Assembly (NCBI GenBank): GCA_012517065.1
Contig: JAAYVR010000015.1
Coordinates: 11,978 to 75,977 of the forward strand
DNA from: Verrucomicrobiota bacterium
Lineage (GTDB): Bacteria; Verrucomicrobiota; Verrucomicrobiia; Limisphaerales; J093
Direction: 5' to 3'
DNA length: 64,000 bases
Shown here: one piece after another, positions 52,826-62,956 of the stretch
Numbering within the stretch: the first letter of the stretch is position 1
How the letters are laid out: the number at the start of each line of letters is the position of its first letter
Program-made: the position numbers and the translations under genes
Notes under the pieces: generated by a model
The model's input: the letters and a program-made list of their open reading frames with translations, nothing else
What the model was told of the DNA's origin: nothing
Databases searched by the model: none

Positions 52826-53686
52826 TCACTCTGGTTTCTGGTCAGCCCTCGCGCGAACTTCCTCGACCATTTTCTCCCAATAGGCGCTCAGAAACGGCGG
52901 GTTTCGCATGCTCTCGAGCGCATAAAAACGATCCGCGCGCTCGATGTCCAGCACCGCAGTAATCATTTCTTCCTGATACCAACCAGCCTCGGCCAACGGC
53001 AACCCGTTCACATCCCGTATGAATGATTGGCCGCTCGATGTCTGCTTGCCGTCAGGAGATTGACCCACAGTATTGGCCACGCAATGGAATATCCGCGAGT
53101 TCGGCCCAGCCGGTTGCTGTGCCCGACCGGAAACCCTCTTCCACACAACAGCCTCGATCTCGTCAGAACTGCAAGATGGATGGAAAAGTATCTTCGCCCC
53201 GGCCATCGCAGGCAGCCGGTACAACTCCGGATGCCGCCCGTCCCGGCAAATAGCAAGGGTGCACATCACACCATCGATCTCAAACAACGCAAGCTTGTTC
53301 CCGCCACGACAGTACTTGCGCTCGTCTCGCCCTGCCATGTGCACTTTTGCGTATTCGTAAGCTATTGTGCCCTTCGGCGAAACCACATGCGCGAGATTCA
53401 AACAACGGTCGGATGTCTTCTTGAGCGTGCCCACAATGACCCAAATGTCGTTTGCGGCCGCTGCCTTGCAAACCGCCTCGAGCGCACGGTCAATTGATTC
53501 AGGAGGAAGTCTTGTAACCTCAGGAAAATAATATCCCGTCAGGTTTGCCTCGGGAAAAAGGACCACTCGACTGCCCTCCTCAGCCGCCAGCCTGATGTAG
53601 CGAATCGTTTGATCCAGATTGCGATCGAGTGACCTTGCCCAGTGAAGCTGGACACACGAAACACAGAGTGTCTTGGTCGATTTCAT
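52826..53686 (-). CDS. Carbon-nitrogen hydrolase (nitrilase superfamily)
   Basis: Catalytic triad context VLFPE / YAKVH / AICRD..HPE. Confidence 0.9.
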   Translation of the reverse strand: MKSTKTLCVSCVQLHWARSLDRNLDQTIRYIRLAAEEGSRVVLFPEANLTGYYFPEVTRLPPESIDRALEAVCKAAAANDIWVIVGTLKKTSDRCLNLAHVVSPKGTIAYEYAKVHMAGRDERKYCRGGNKLALFEIDGVMCTLAICRDGRHPELYRLPAMAGAKILFHPSCSSDEIEAVVWKRVSGRAQQPAGPNSRIFHCVANTVGQSPDGKQTSSGQSFIRDVNGLPLAEAGWYQEEMITAVLDIERADRFYALESMRNPPFLSAYWEKMVEEVRARADQKPE

Positions 53687-53910
53687 TCGTTGCCACGCCT
53701 TTTAAGCAGCACAGAACCCGATGTCAAATATCACAAACCGGCCGCGACGCGCCACTGCAAGAAATCGTGAATTGTTCGAGTTCGTCAGTTCCGCCAACAG
53801 ATAACTCTCACCGCACGTGTTCCTTGTTTTCATCCTGTTCCTCCGTTTGGTCGTTCAACTCTGATGTCGTACAACGCTTTGCCTGCCAATTGGAGAAGAA
53901 ACCCGTCAGC

Positions 53911-54290
53911 CAGAATATCAAGCCTGGCACTCTATTGCGTCATGAAACGAAATATCGAGCCTGGCACTCTATTCAAGCCAGTGATGCAGTCCCAACGGCA
54001 CGGCCTTTGGGATTGAGTCGAAATAAGGTGACAGGCTCGTTGTTTGGGTGTTCTCCCGGATCGTGGCATGGCGAGCAGATTGTCCCTTGTTCCAATCGGC
54101 GGTTGCCGAAGTCCGTGGAGGAACCCCTCTCATACCAACATGGGGACAGACACGTTGTTCCTCGCATGCCAATATGCGGAGACACACATTGTTTCAGGGG
54201 GCGCAGGAGCCGGGTCACTGCCCGCCGGACAGGTTTGGTTCCGGCTACGCCGGACTGCGGAATATGCGGGCGCCCGGACATCTCACCGGA
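53911..54290. mobile_element. Modular repeat copy R6
   Basis: Two tandem AATATC(A/G)AGCCTGGCACTCTATT, an inverted AATAAGGTGACAGGCTCGTTGTT, GGGGACAGACACGTT, TTGGTTCCGGCTACGCCGG...ATATGCGGGC. Confidence 0.75.
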
Positions 54291-54400
54291 CTCGAGGCCT
54301 GGGTGTTTCTTGGGAATCGGCCGGTAAGGCTTCCGGGACAGCAGGCTCTGTCCTATGGAGCGTCATGCATGTGAGTTGCCCACTAATCGTGGCTGCAAAG

Positions 54401-54484
54401 TTGACTGGAATCAGAAACTGAATATGGTATGCCGCAGCACGGCAATGCTGAGTGACAAGAGGAATTAAGCAAACACAAGGAGGT
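54401..54484 (+). promoter_or_regulatory. Putative promoter and strong Shine-Dalgarno of the 54490 gene
   Basis: TTGACT-N16-TATGGT (54401-54428); AAGGAGGT at 54477-54484, 5 nt before ATG. Confidence 0.5.
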
Positions 54485-54489
54485 GCAAG

Positions 54490-55674
54490 ATGGCATTCAG
54501 AATTGAAGACAGTGTGGTGCGCGGTGAGATTGACAACCGCGTCAAGGGAATCGTCAGGGGAAAAATCTGGCTGGAAGGTAGGCCGGACCCGATGCTTCTC
54601 GAACTCAAGGGCAATCCGTGGCCAGACCTCGCAGGATGCCTGCTGACATTTGTTAACCCAAACAAACGCATTCCGTACCATTCTTTGGATGCGCTTGGTC
54701 AGGTGCAGCGCGGTGCCGTTGGTGATATGACCGCTTCCAGGAAAGTGCGTGTTTTGGAAGTTCCGGTCGCCGAAGCATACATGATGGCCAAGCGCGGCGA
54801 AAAACCGCCCGAACATATGGCCAATAGTCTATACCTTGAATGGTTCAGTGAAACAAATGGGCGGGTCGTCATCGAAAGCAGCGATTACGAACTCAACGTT
54901 TCACAGCCGGAATGGCGAATGACACCCGAGGACGAAGTCGAACGCGCCAAACAGGCTGCCACAGCTATGCAAGAGTTCATGGCCAGGCTCACAGATGCAG
55001 TCGAGCAGCACAAACGGAGACGAAAGCCCGATGACGAGGACTGGGATCAGTTCGATTACGAGAGCTTCATGAAAGAGTGTGACGCCCGTTCCGAAAAGTA
55101 TGCCGAGTTGCTGGATGAATACGGTCTTTCAGACGAAGCCCAAGATATAATCGACAAGGAAATGGGCTGGGACACCGAGCCTGGAGAAGAGCTGTTCGAT
55201 GAGATTACCGACACCTTTGAGGAGGCATTGAACGAACCTGAACCTGAACCCGACCCCACCCGGCAAGGCATCGACTGGATTCGCACCAAAGATGGCCACA
55301 TTCGCCACCCGCTTCAGCACCGTTGTCACCAAAGCGCAGCCAAATTCTCCAACAAGGTCAAGCGGCTGGGACTCGACAGAACCAAGGACAAGGACCTTGA
55401 CCAGTTCCTGTTCGAGTTCCAAATGACTGCTGTGAAACTCGCAGGCGCACTCAATACCGTCGCTCAAGCCCGTTACACGCCCCCACCCGCATTCACTGTG
55501 GCGTATCTCAAGCGTGCGTTGGACCACCTGCACAAGTCACAGGCTGGCCTCGAGGGCCTCGCAAAGCGGAAGGTCCTTGCGGACAAACTGATTTCCAGTG
55601 CACGCAAGGAGTTGTTTGCGATTCGAGAAAGCGTCCTCAAATTAATGAACGACTTCAGGCGAAAGCAGCGTTAG
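54490..55674 (+). CDS. Hypothetical cytoplasmic protein (beta-rich N-terminus, acidic linker, helical-bundle C-terminus)
   Basis: 394-aa ORF with strong RBS; VRGEIDNR, GNPWPDLAGC, LYLEWFS..NGRVVIE; no recognised catalytic motif. Confidence 0.8.
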   Translation: MAFRIEDSVVRGEIDNRVKGIVRGKIWLEGRPDPMLLELKGNPWPDLAGCLLTFVNPNKRIPYHSLDALGQVQRGAVGDMTASRKVRVLEVPVAEAYMMAKRGEKPPEHMANSLYLEWFSETNGRVVIESSDYELNVSQPEWRMTPEDEVERAKQAATAMQEFMARLTDAVEQHKRRRKPDDEDWDQFDYESFMKECDARSEKYAELLDEYGLSDEAQDIIDKEMGWDTEPGEELFDEITDTFEEALNEPEPEPDPTRQGIDWIRTKDGHIRHPLQHRCHQSAAKFSNKVKRLGLDRTKDKDLDQFLFEFQMTAVKLAGALNTVAQARYTPPPAFTVAYLKRALDHLHKSQAGLEGLAKRKVLADKLISSARKELFAIRESVLKLMNDFRRKQR

Positions 55675-55776
55675 CGAAGTTACGACGAGTTACGACTGAG
55701 GCCGATACGGGATGCGGTGCCAAAGTGCTCAACGTGCTCTCGCCGATCCCGATGTCTGGCCTGCTCCCGCCAACCA

Positions 55777-55970
55777 GGAAATCTCACCGGCCACACTCTC
55801 GGATTCACCCGCTCCTTCATTTAAGTGAGATTTCCGCGGCGCGCATATTCCTTGAGCTCTTGAAGGCACACGTTTCGCAGACGGCTGAGAGCATACCGTC
55901 ATATTTCAGAGTCGTTCATATTCACATAGATTGTCAGGCTGTGAGTTTGGTTCCGGCTACGCCGGGCTGG
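55777..55970. repeat. Diverged repeat copy R7a
   Basis: GAAATCTCACC...GTGAGATTTCC, GCATATTCCTTG...CGTTTCGCAGAC and TTGGTTCCGGCTACGCCGGGCTG modules. Confidence 0.65.
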
Positions 55971-56098
55971 ATTGTCATATTGTAAAGCCATTCTAATTGG
56001 CGAAGATTCTCACGCCGCGAGTTTGCTCAGTTTCTCTGTATCTGCTTCTCTGGCCGTAAGTAGGGCGGTCACAACAGGACCGCCTTCTGGGGTGAGTC

Positions 56099-56739
56099 GT
56101 ATAAGGTGACAGGCACGTTGTTTGGGTTTTGACCCCGATTGCGGCGTGGTCCGCGAATTGTCCCTTGTTCAAATCGGCGGCTGCCGAAGTGTGCGGAGGA
56201 ACCCCTCGGATGCCAATATGGGGACAGACACGTTGTTTGCGCATCCCCAGCCGGTGAATGTTCGGGCGCCGCATTTGCGGGATCGAAACGGGTCGTAGGG
56301 TTGGTCGTAACGTTGATGCGGCCGAGGACGGCCGCGCTCCCGACTGTCGGTGTTTCCTCCAACGCGTCGGCAGGAGCGCGGCGATTCTTCGCCGCACCCA
56401 ACCGGTGTATGTTCGGTGGCCCGATTTGCGGGATCGAAACGGGTCGTATGACCGGTCATCGGGCTGATGGGGAACATGGGGACAGACACGTTGTTTGGGC
56501 GTAAAGACAAAGCGGCAGCAAGCTGCCGCACTCCAAGCGCTTCGCGCCTGCCAACGCCCACTGCATCCGCGGCAGTGCGTGAGAAACCATCGAGATCAGC
56601 GCGCTGTTCCTTGCGACGAAGTCGCAGGGCATGTTTCCCAGCCCGGCGTGGCTGAAAGTCCGGGGGCGCAACAGCCGGGGGCGTTGCTCGTCAGGCGACT
56701 TTGGTTCCGGCTACGCCGGGCTGGGAGCTATGCGGGCTA
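56099..56739 (-). mobile_element. Modular repeat copy R7b, starting at the GH51 TAG stop
   Basis: Ends TATGCGGGCTA-g; 56476-56739 is colinear with the reverse complement of R4; two GGGGACAGACACGTT; internal direct repeat at 56273 and 56424. Confidence 0.8.
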
Positions 56740-59130
56740 GAACTGCACTCTTGCGCGTAAGACTGTCACCGAGTTACCCGGGGAAGTCCACCGGAAGTCT
56801 GGCCCACTGGCATCAAACTGCGTCGCGCGTGGAGAAACCTTCTTCGGTTCTTCAAGCGAGTTTTCGTCGTTTGGACTGGCCGATGCTAGCACAACAGCGT
56901 GAACCGGCGCGGTGATTTTCTTGACGCCCGCCAGGTTGATTGAAGACACGATGTCTTTGTCGGAAACATTGACGAGCTTGATGATAACCTGGTCCGATGA
57001 TGTTTCGCGTGTAGCGCTGGCGTAGAGGGGCTTGATTGTTGGATAGCGCACATCATGTACGAGCTTGCCGTCGAGGTAACACTTGATGCTTTGGCCTTTG
57101 ACTTCCACCTTTACGTCGTACCATCTGCCCATCTCGATACTGCCGGGCACGTGACGTCCGATCTGGCTCTTTCCTCCGTTGGTGCAGAGTTCAATGGCGT
57201 GTTCACGATTCCCCCAACCGCCAAGGTTCCACCACGTCCAGTTGTTTTCGTCGCGGACATGAAACATCACAAGGAACCCTTCGGCGCCACCCAGCTTTCG
57301 CGCCTTCAGCGTGTAGGTGTAATCGTCCCAATCGGTGCTGCCCGAATGAGCCTGGACGTTTTCCGCGTCACTGTTTTGGCGGTAAGCCCCATCGACGACT
57401 GTCCAGTTGCCACTTACTGCGTGCCAACCTGCATCGCCCTTTGCGAAGTCGTGCTCGTAAAGCACCTTCCCATCTTTCACGACTCGAATGTCTTTGAATT
57501 CGGCTCGAGTGAGCCATGTGCCAAGCCCGATCCGACCCCGGCGAGGCGCGGGTTCAATCGCCGGGGCATCCATTTGCAGCGGCAGGGTAACGTCACCACG
57601 ATTGAGGCTGAACATCTGCTGGACGTAATAGCTCGGAAGCCCGTAAGCGCGTGAGCTGTCGAAGTTGATGAGGTCGGGGTTCCAGCGTTTGTGGTTGATG
57701 TTAACGAAAAGGGGCGCGTAGCTCGCCATCCAGACAATGTCCGAGTTGCGCTCGAGGCCCGTCATGAATGCTGCTTCGCCTATGGCGGCGCGGAGGTTGC
57801 CCTGACCACACCCTGATGTCACTGCGTATTCGCCAACGAACACTTTCGGGCCGTTCCGATCGTAAGCGTCATACCTGTCCGCTTGCTGCATGAAAAACTC
57901 AGGGTTGCTGTAGTAATGCTCATCGATGATATCCGGAGGCGGATTTGTCGGGTAACCGCCCCAGACATTGGCTATCAATTGAATCTCAGGGTATCTCGAC
58001 TTGATCGCGCGGTAGAACATGCCCCAGCGCACATTATAGTCAGGACCGCCGTTTTCATTGCCAATTTCGATGTATTTTAATCTGAACGGCGCGGGATGAC
58101 CGTTCATGGCGCGCAGACCGCCCCAGACAGTGTTTGTCGGGCCATTGGCATACTCGATTGCGTCCAAGGCGTCCTGCACCCACTGACTCATTCTGTCCAG
58201 CGGCACGACTTCCCTGTGTGACATTCCGACATTGATGCAGAAAACAGGTTCAGCGCCGAGGTCTTCGCTCAACTGAAGGTGCTCGTGAAAGCCGAGACCG
58301 TGCGTGGCCCAATACTGCCAAATGTTCCAGAGCGGTTCCCGTGTTGCGATGTCGCCCACCGTCTTCTTCCACTGATACATGTGGGCAAGGTCGTCGCCTT
58401 CAACCCAGCAACCACCGGGAAAACGCATGAACGACGGTTTGAGATCGTCCAGCAGTTCGCACAGGTCGGGGCGCAACCCGTGGTTCTTCCACGTTCTCTC
58501 GGGCATCAGGGACACCATGTCCAGCCAGAGCGTTCCGGTGCCCTCAGCGATGATCTTTAGCTTGCCCTTCGGATGGCCGGATTCGGCCTTCAATTCGGCG
58601 CTGAACCATTTCCACTGCGACGTGATCCCGCTGAACGTGGCGCGGGCGGTTTCTTTGCCGTTGGCATCGATCAGCACGTGAACAGGGCCGGAAAAACCGT
58701 CTGCTCTGGCAGCAAACCGTAGATTGTACCTTTCACCCGCCACAATGTTCATTCCCCAATAACCCTCGTTTACAATGCAAGCCCGGCCTTCGAGCCGAAT
58801 CCGCAGGCTTTTCCGGTTGAAAGGATTCAAGGGATGCCGGGTGTCGATGCTTGCTTCGCCTGTAACGTCTTGTTCTCGAACCACGGTCCAGTGCTCCGGT
58901 TGCATCGAGTCTTCAAAAGACCTGTTTCGGACAAGTTCAGGATAGATACCGCCGTCAGCGGAATGATTGATGTCTTCAAAGAAAATACCCCACAGCATGG
59001 GGCTCACACTGTGACCGGGCTCGTTGGCTCGGACTGTGATGCGTGCCAGTTGTGCTTTCACGTGAAGACAAGCCTGCAACAGAATCGAAGCGAGCAATGC
59101 TCGAACTGCGTGTTTGTATCTCGGTTGCAT
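56737..59130 (-). CDS. Alpha-L-arabinofuranosidase (GH51) with inserted jelly-roll domain
   Basis: GIFFEDINHSADGGIYPE, RFPGGC, IEIGNEN, DEHYY, FVGEYA, ERNSDIV.MASYAP; ~170-aa insert (IGLGTW...GRWYDVKVEV...YLDGK). Confidence 0.93.
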   Translation of the reverse strand: MQPRYKHAVRALLASILLQACLHVKAQLARITVRANEPGHSVSPMLWGIFFEDINHSADGGIYPELVRNRSFEDSMQPEHWTVVREQDVTGEASIDTRHPLNPFNRKSLRIRLEGRACIVNEGYWGMNIVAGERYNLRFAARADGFSGPVHVLIDANGKETARATFSGITSQWKWFSAELKAESGHPKGKLKIIAEGTGTLWLDMVSLMPERTWKNHGLRPDLCELLDDLKPSFMRFPGGCWVEGDDLAHMYQWKKTVGDIATREPLWNIWQYWATHGLGFHEHLQLSEDLGAEPVFCINVGMSHREVVPLDRMSQWVQDALDAIEYANGPTNTVWGGLRAMNGHPAPFRLKYIEIGNENGGPDYNVRWGMFYRAIKSRYPEIQLIANVWGGYPTNPPPDIIDEHYYSNPEFFMQQADRYDAYDRNGPKVFVGEYAVTSGCGQGNLRAAIGEAAFMTGLERNSDIVWMASYAPLFVNINHKRWNPDLINFDSSRAYGLPSYYVQQMFSLNRGDVTLPLQMDAPAIEPAPRRGRIGLGTWLTRAEFKDIRVVKDGKVLYEHDFAKGDAGWHAVSGNWTVVDGAYRQNSDAENVQAHSGSTDWDDYTYTLKARKLGGAEGFLVMFHVRDENNWTWWNLGGWGNREHAIELCTNGGKSQIGRHVPGSIEMGRWYDVKVEVKGQSIKCYLDGKLVHDVRYPTIKPLYASATRETSSDQVIIKLVNVSDKDIVSSINLAGVKKITAPVHAVVLASASPNDENSLEEPKKVSPRATQFDASGPDFRWTSPGNSVTVLRARVQF

Positions 59131-59351
59131 GCCTCACTCATAAACGCTTGATGCGTTTGAGGGCAAGTAAGGACTTGAGCCGGAACTCCCACTGGCTCAT
59201 TGGACATCGCGAGTGCCGCACGGCGGCGCCTTGAGTCCCGGAAGCCCGCGCCAGCCCGTAGCTTGGAAGCCTTCGCCAAGCAACAGTTTTTCTTTGGCAC
59301 ACCAGCGGCGGTTGCATATGATTGCGGCTTTGCAAGCAGCCGAAAGCGCAC

Positions 59352-61847
59352 ATGAAAGTCACGCTCAACTGGCTTCGACAGTACGTCGATTTTGATTTTA
59401 CGCCGGATCAACTGGCCGAGCGAATCACCATGCTCGGCATGGAAGTCGAAAACGTCCAAAAACTCGGCGGAGAATTCGAAGGCATAGTGGTCGCCCAAGT
59501 TCTATCGATCGACAAGCACCCAAATGCCGACAAACTCACTGTGTGCCGGGTCGCTGACGGAAAAGGCGAGAGACAGATTGTTTGTGGCGCCAGCAATTTC
59601 AAGGTCGGCGACAAAGTGCCTCTGATTCAGCCCGGATACTCCCTGCCAGCGCAGCAAGGCGAAAAACCGTTCACAATCAAGGTAGGCAAAATCCGCGGCG
59701 TGGAATCATACGGCATGATGTGTTCGCCAAAGGAGCTTGGGATATCCGAGGACGCGGCAGGTTTGATGATTTTGCCCGAGACCGCGAGGGTCGGGCAGCC
59801 GTTTGGCGAGTTTCTTGGTCGCACCGAAAGCGATGTTGTGTTTGATCTTGAAATCACGCCAAACCGGCCCGACCTGAACAGTGTTATTGGCATCGCAAGG
59901 GAAATCGCCGCAATCACCGGAAACCCGCTCCGTATCCCGGACGTTAGCCTCGAGGAAGACCAGTCCGCGCCCGCGGCGTCAGGTCTGGTGGCAGTCCGGA
60001 TCGAAGACGCCGAGCTTTGCCCGCGTTACACGGCGCGGGTTGTGCTCGGGGTGAAGGTGGGCCCCAGCCCCGACTGGTTGCGGGCGAGGCTCGAGGCCGT
60101 TGGCTTGCGCAGCATTAGCAACGTGGTCGATGTGACCAATTACGTCATGCTCGAGTGCGGACAGCCACTGCACGCATTCGATTACCATCTGATTGCTAAG
60201 AACGCCGCCGGCGTCCCAACGATTGTCGTGCGCAGAGCCGCTGCCGGTGAACGGTTCGTCACCCTTGACGAGCAGGAGCATGTCCTCACCGACGAAATGC
60301 TGCTCATTGCGGATGAACAAAAAGGCATTGCGCTGGCAGGTGTAATGGGGGGGCGCAACTCGGAGATTAACGACCAAACCGTGGACGTGCTGATCGAGAG
60401 CGCTTATTTCAAGCCCACCAATATCCGCCGCACTTCGAAGCGGCTGGGGCTGCGCACGGACGCGTCGTATCGATTTGAGCGCGGCGCTGACCTTGGCAAC
60501 ACCGATTGGGCCAGCCGCCGTTGCGCCCAACTCATCCTTCAAACAGCCGGCGGCCGGCTCGCCCGCGGCGTGGTCGATGCTTGTCCCAAACCGGCAACAC
60601 CGGTCCGCATCACCCTTCGACATCACAAAGTCAACGACTTGCTCGGTCTGGAACTTAAACCGGAGGAGATCGAGTATTACCTGTCTCAGTTGGGCTTGAA
60701 GATCGAAGATCACAAACCGCGGCCGGTCGGCTCTCCCGCATCTGGGCCGCAGCCGGTCACGTTCCTGATCCCCAGTTTCAGAGTCGATCTGAAACGCGAA
60801 ACGGATTTGATCGAAGAAGTCGGCCGCCTCCATGGCGTCGAGAAAATCCCGGCGACCCAGCCCCGGGGCGCGCGTGGTGCCAACGAGTATGACCCGGTTC
60901 ATGACAATTTGGCCGAAGCACGCCGGATACTGGCAGGGCTTGGCCTTAACGAAGCGCAGGGCCAAACCCTTATCAGCGAGGATGCGGCGCGCCTTGTCTG
61001 CAGTGATTTTGTGCCGCTCGAGAACCCGTTGAGCGCAGATATGAACGTCTTGCGACCGAGCCTGTTGCCCGGCTTGCTCGATTCTTTGCGACACAACGTG
61101 AGTCGGAAAACCGAAGACGTCGCTTTGTTCGAGATCGGTCGCGTGTTCACAAGACCGGCGTCCCATGGTGAAAGTGCCGCCAAAGACAATAACGGGCCAG
61201 CGGTGTTGGAACGCCGCCGGGTTGCAATGGCTTTGACCGGGCGCAGGAGCAGCCCATTCTGGACCGGTGAAAACCGGGATGCGCTTTATGATTTGTTCGA
61301 TCTGAAAGGAATTGTCGAAGAGTTTCTTGACCGGTACGGGGTCCGCGGCGTCACCTACGTAAGCCGCGCCAACAGAACAGCCCTGTTCGTCGAATCTGCA
61401 AGAGTTCACCTTGGCCGAATCGAGCTGGGGGAGATGGGCCGCGTACTGCCACCACTGGCGGAACGGTACGATATCCGGCAACCGGTCCTGCTCGCCGAGC
61501 TTGACCTGGACGAACTGCTTCGGCTTCGCAATACAACCCGCGTTTTCAAGCCGTTGCCGCTGTTCCCCAGCGTTCGCCGGGACATCGCGATGATCGTGCC
61601 CGAAAGCGTTACTCATGACGCGGTTCTTGCGGCTGTTAAACAAGCCAAACCGCCGTTTCTGGAAAGCGTCGAACTGTTCGACGTGTTCCGCGGCAAGCAC
61701 GTGCCGCCCGGCCACAAGAGCATGGCGTACGCATTCACCTACCGGAGTCCGGACAGAACCCTCACTGATGCAGAGGTCAACGCCGCACATCAGCAGGTCG
61801 TGAACCGATTCAAAGAGGCTCTCAAAGCCACGGTGCGCGAAGCGTGA
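59352..61847 (+). CDS. pheT: Phenylalanine--tRNA ligase beta subunit
   Basis: MKVTLNWL, HPNADKL, IRGVESYGMMCS, EITPNRPD, VVDVTNYV, RFERG, LRPSLLPGLL, C-terminal FDX-ACB domain. Confidence 0.98.
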   Translation: MKVTLNWLRQYVDFDFTPDQLAERITMLGMEVENVQKLGGEFEGIVVAQVLSIDKHPNADKLTVCRVADGKGERQIVCGASNFKVGDKVPLIQPGYSLPAQQGEKPFTIKVGKIRGVESYGMMCSPKELGISEDAAGLMILPETARVGQPFGEFLGRTESDVVFDLEITPNRPDLNSVIGIAREIAAITGNPLRIPDVSLEEDQSAPAASGLVAVRIEDAELCPRYTARVVLGVKVGPSPDWLRARLEAVGLRSISNVVDVTNYVMLECGQPLHAFDYHLIAKNAAGVPTIVVRRAAAGERFVTLDEQEHVLTDEMLLIADEQKGIALAGVMGGRNSEINDQTVDVLIESAYFKPTNIRRTSKRLGLRTDASYRFERGADLGNTDWASRRCAQLILQTAGGRLARGVVDACPKPATPVRITLRHHKVNDLLGLELKPEEIEYYLSQLGLKIEDHKPRPVGSPASGPQPVTFLIPSFRVDLKRETDLIEEVGRLHGVEKIPATQPRGARGANEYDPVHDNLAEARRILAGLGLNEAQGQTLISEDAARLVCSDFVPLENPLSADMNVLRPSLLPGLLDSLRHNVSRKTEDVALFEIGRVFTRPASHGESAAKDNNGPAVLERRRVAMALTGRRSSPFWTGENRDALYDLFDLKGIVEEFLDRYGVRGVTYVSRANRTALFVESARVHLGRIELGEMGRVLPPLAERYDIRQPVLLAELDLDELLRLRNTTRVFKPLPLFPSVRRDIAMIVPESVTHDAVLAAVKQAKPPFLESVELFDVFRGKHVPPGHKSMAYAFTYRSPDRTLTDAEVNAAHQQVVNRFKEALKATVREA

Positions 61848-61916
61848 CTGACCCTGTTCGGCCCTTTCGGCGCAGGGGCGGTTATGCGGTGTTGTCAACC
61901 CGCGGCAGTGCACCCA

Positions 61917-62830
61917 GCCCGCATATTTGGCCAGCCCCCGGCCTGGCCAGAACCAAAGTTGCCTGACGGCCAGTGACCTGCGGCCTGCGCCCGTTGATGA
62001 GCACTGTCGCCCGCGCCGGGCTGCGAAATATCCCCTGCGACTCCGTCGCCAAAAAGAGCGCGCTGATCCCGATGGTTTCTCACGCGCCGCCGCGGATGCA
62101 GCGGGCGTTGGCAGGCGCGAAGCGCTTGGAGTGCGGCAGCTTGCTGCCGCTTTGTTCTTATGTCCAACAACGTGTCTGTCCCCATATCTTCACATCAACC
62201 TTTTCCGCCTGAACCCGGGACTCTAATAGCCGCGGTGCTGGCTTCGCCCGACGCGCGGTACAACCCATCGCCGCTAGAGTTCCGCGTTCACGCGGAAAAC
62301 TGAAAGCTTTCTGGTCCTGATTGTGGTACCCCAGCGCTTTGCCCCACCGCCAAGGGACGGCCCGCGGCGCTCCAAGCCAACTACGTGTCTGTCCCCGTAT
62401 CACGTTTCGGGAGCGCGGCCGTCCTCGGCTGCATCAACCGGGCAGCCGATCTAAAGACCAGTTTCGATCCACTAGAAGGGGGAGCCCGGACGTTGACTGG
62501 TTGGGCAACAACGTGTCTGTCCCCATAGGGCTTCATTCGATCTCGCCGCTGGTCCCGATGGCTTCTAACGCGCTGCCGCGGATGCATTGGGCGTTGCTAG
62601 GCGCGAAGCGCTTGGAGTGCGGCAGCTTGCTGCCGCTTTGTTTCCATGCCGAAGCAACGTGCCTAGAACAAGATCGGCATGACGTCACAAATAACGTGTC
62701 TGTCCCCATATCGGCATCCGAGGGGTACCTGCACAGACTTCGGCAACCGCCGATTGGAACAAGGAACAGTCTGCGGGCCACGCCGCAGTCCAGGGACAAA
62801 ACCCGAACAACGAGCCTGTCACTCTATTGC
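61917..62830 (+). mobile_element. Longest modular repeat copy R8
   Basis: Starts GCCCGCATAT; four GTGTCTGTCCCC, two TTGGAGTGCGGCAGCTTGCTGCCGCTTT, GGGAGCGCGGCCGTCCTCGGCTGC; ends AACAACGAGCCTGTCACTCTATT. Confidence 0.8.
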
Positions 62831-62956
62831 GCCTCCAAGAAGCATTGCGGGGGGGTGTGGATCGGCTCGAGTCGCTTCCGGCCGTCCCGGTGTTGCCAAA
62901 CCTTTCTCCGGCCAGTAATGTCCTTTAATCTTTGGGCGGCGTTGGTTCAGACGCAC

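Noticed and set aside
55678-55696. AGTTACGAC duplicated after the 54490 gene
   Set aside because: Only two 9-bp units; could be chance.
62170-62712. Four GTGTCTGTCCCC motifs as a possible CRISPR array
   Set aside because: Spacing is irregular (about 130-210 nt), the intervening sequences are themselves repeated elsewhere, and there are no cas genes.
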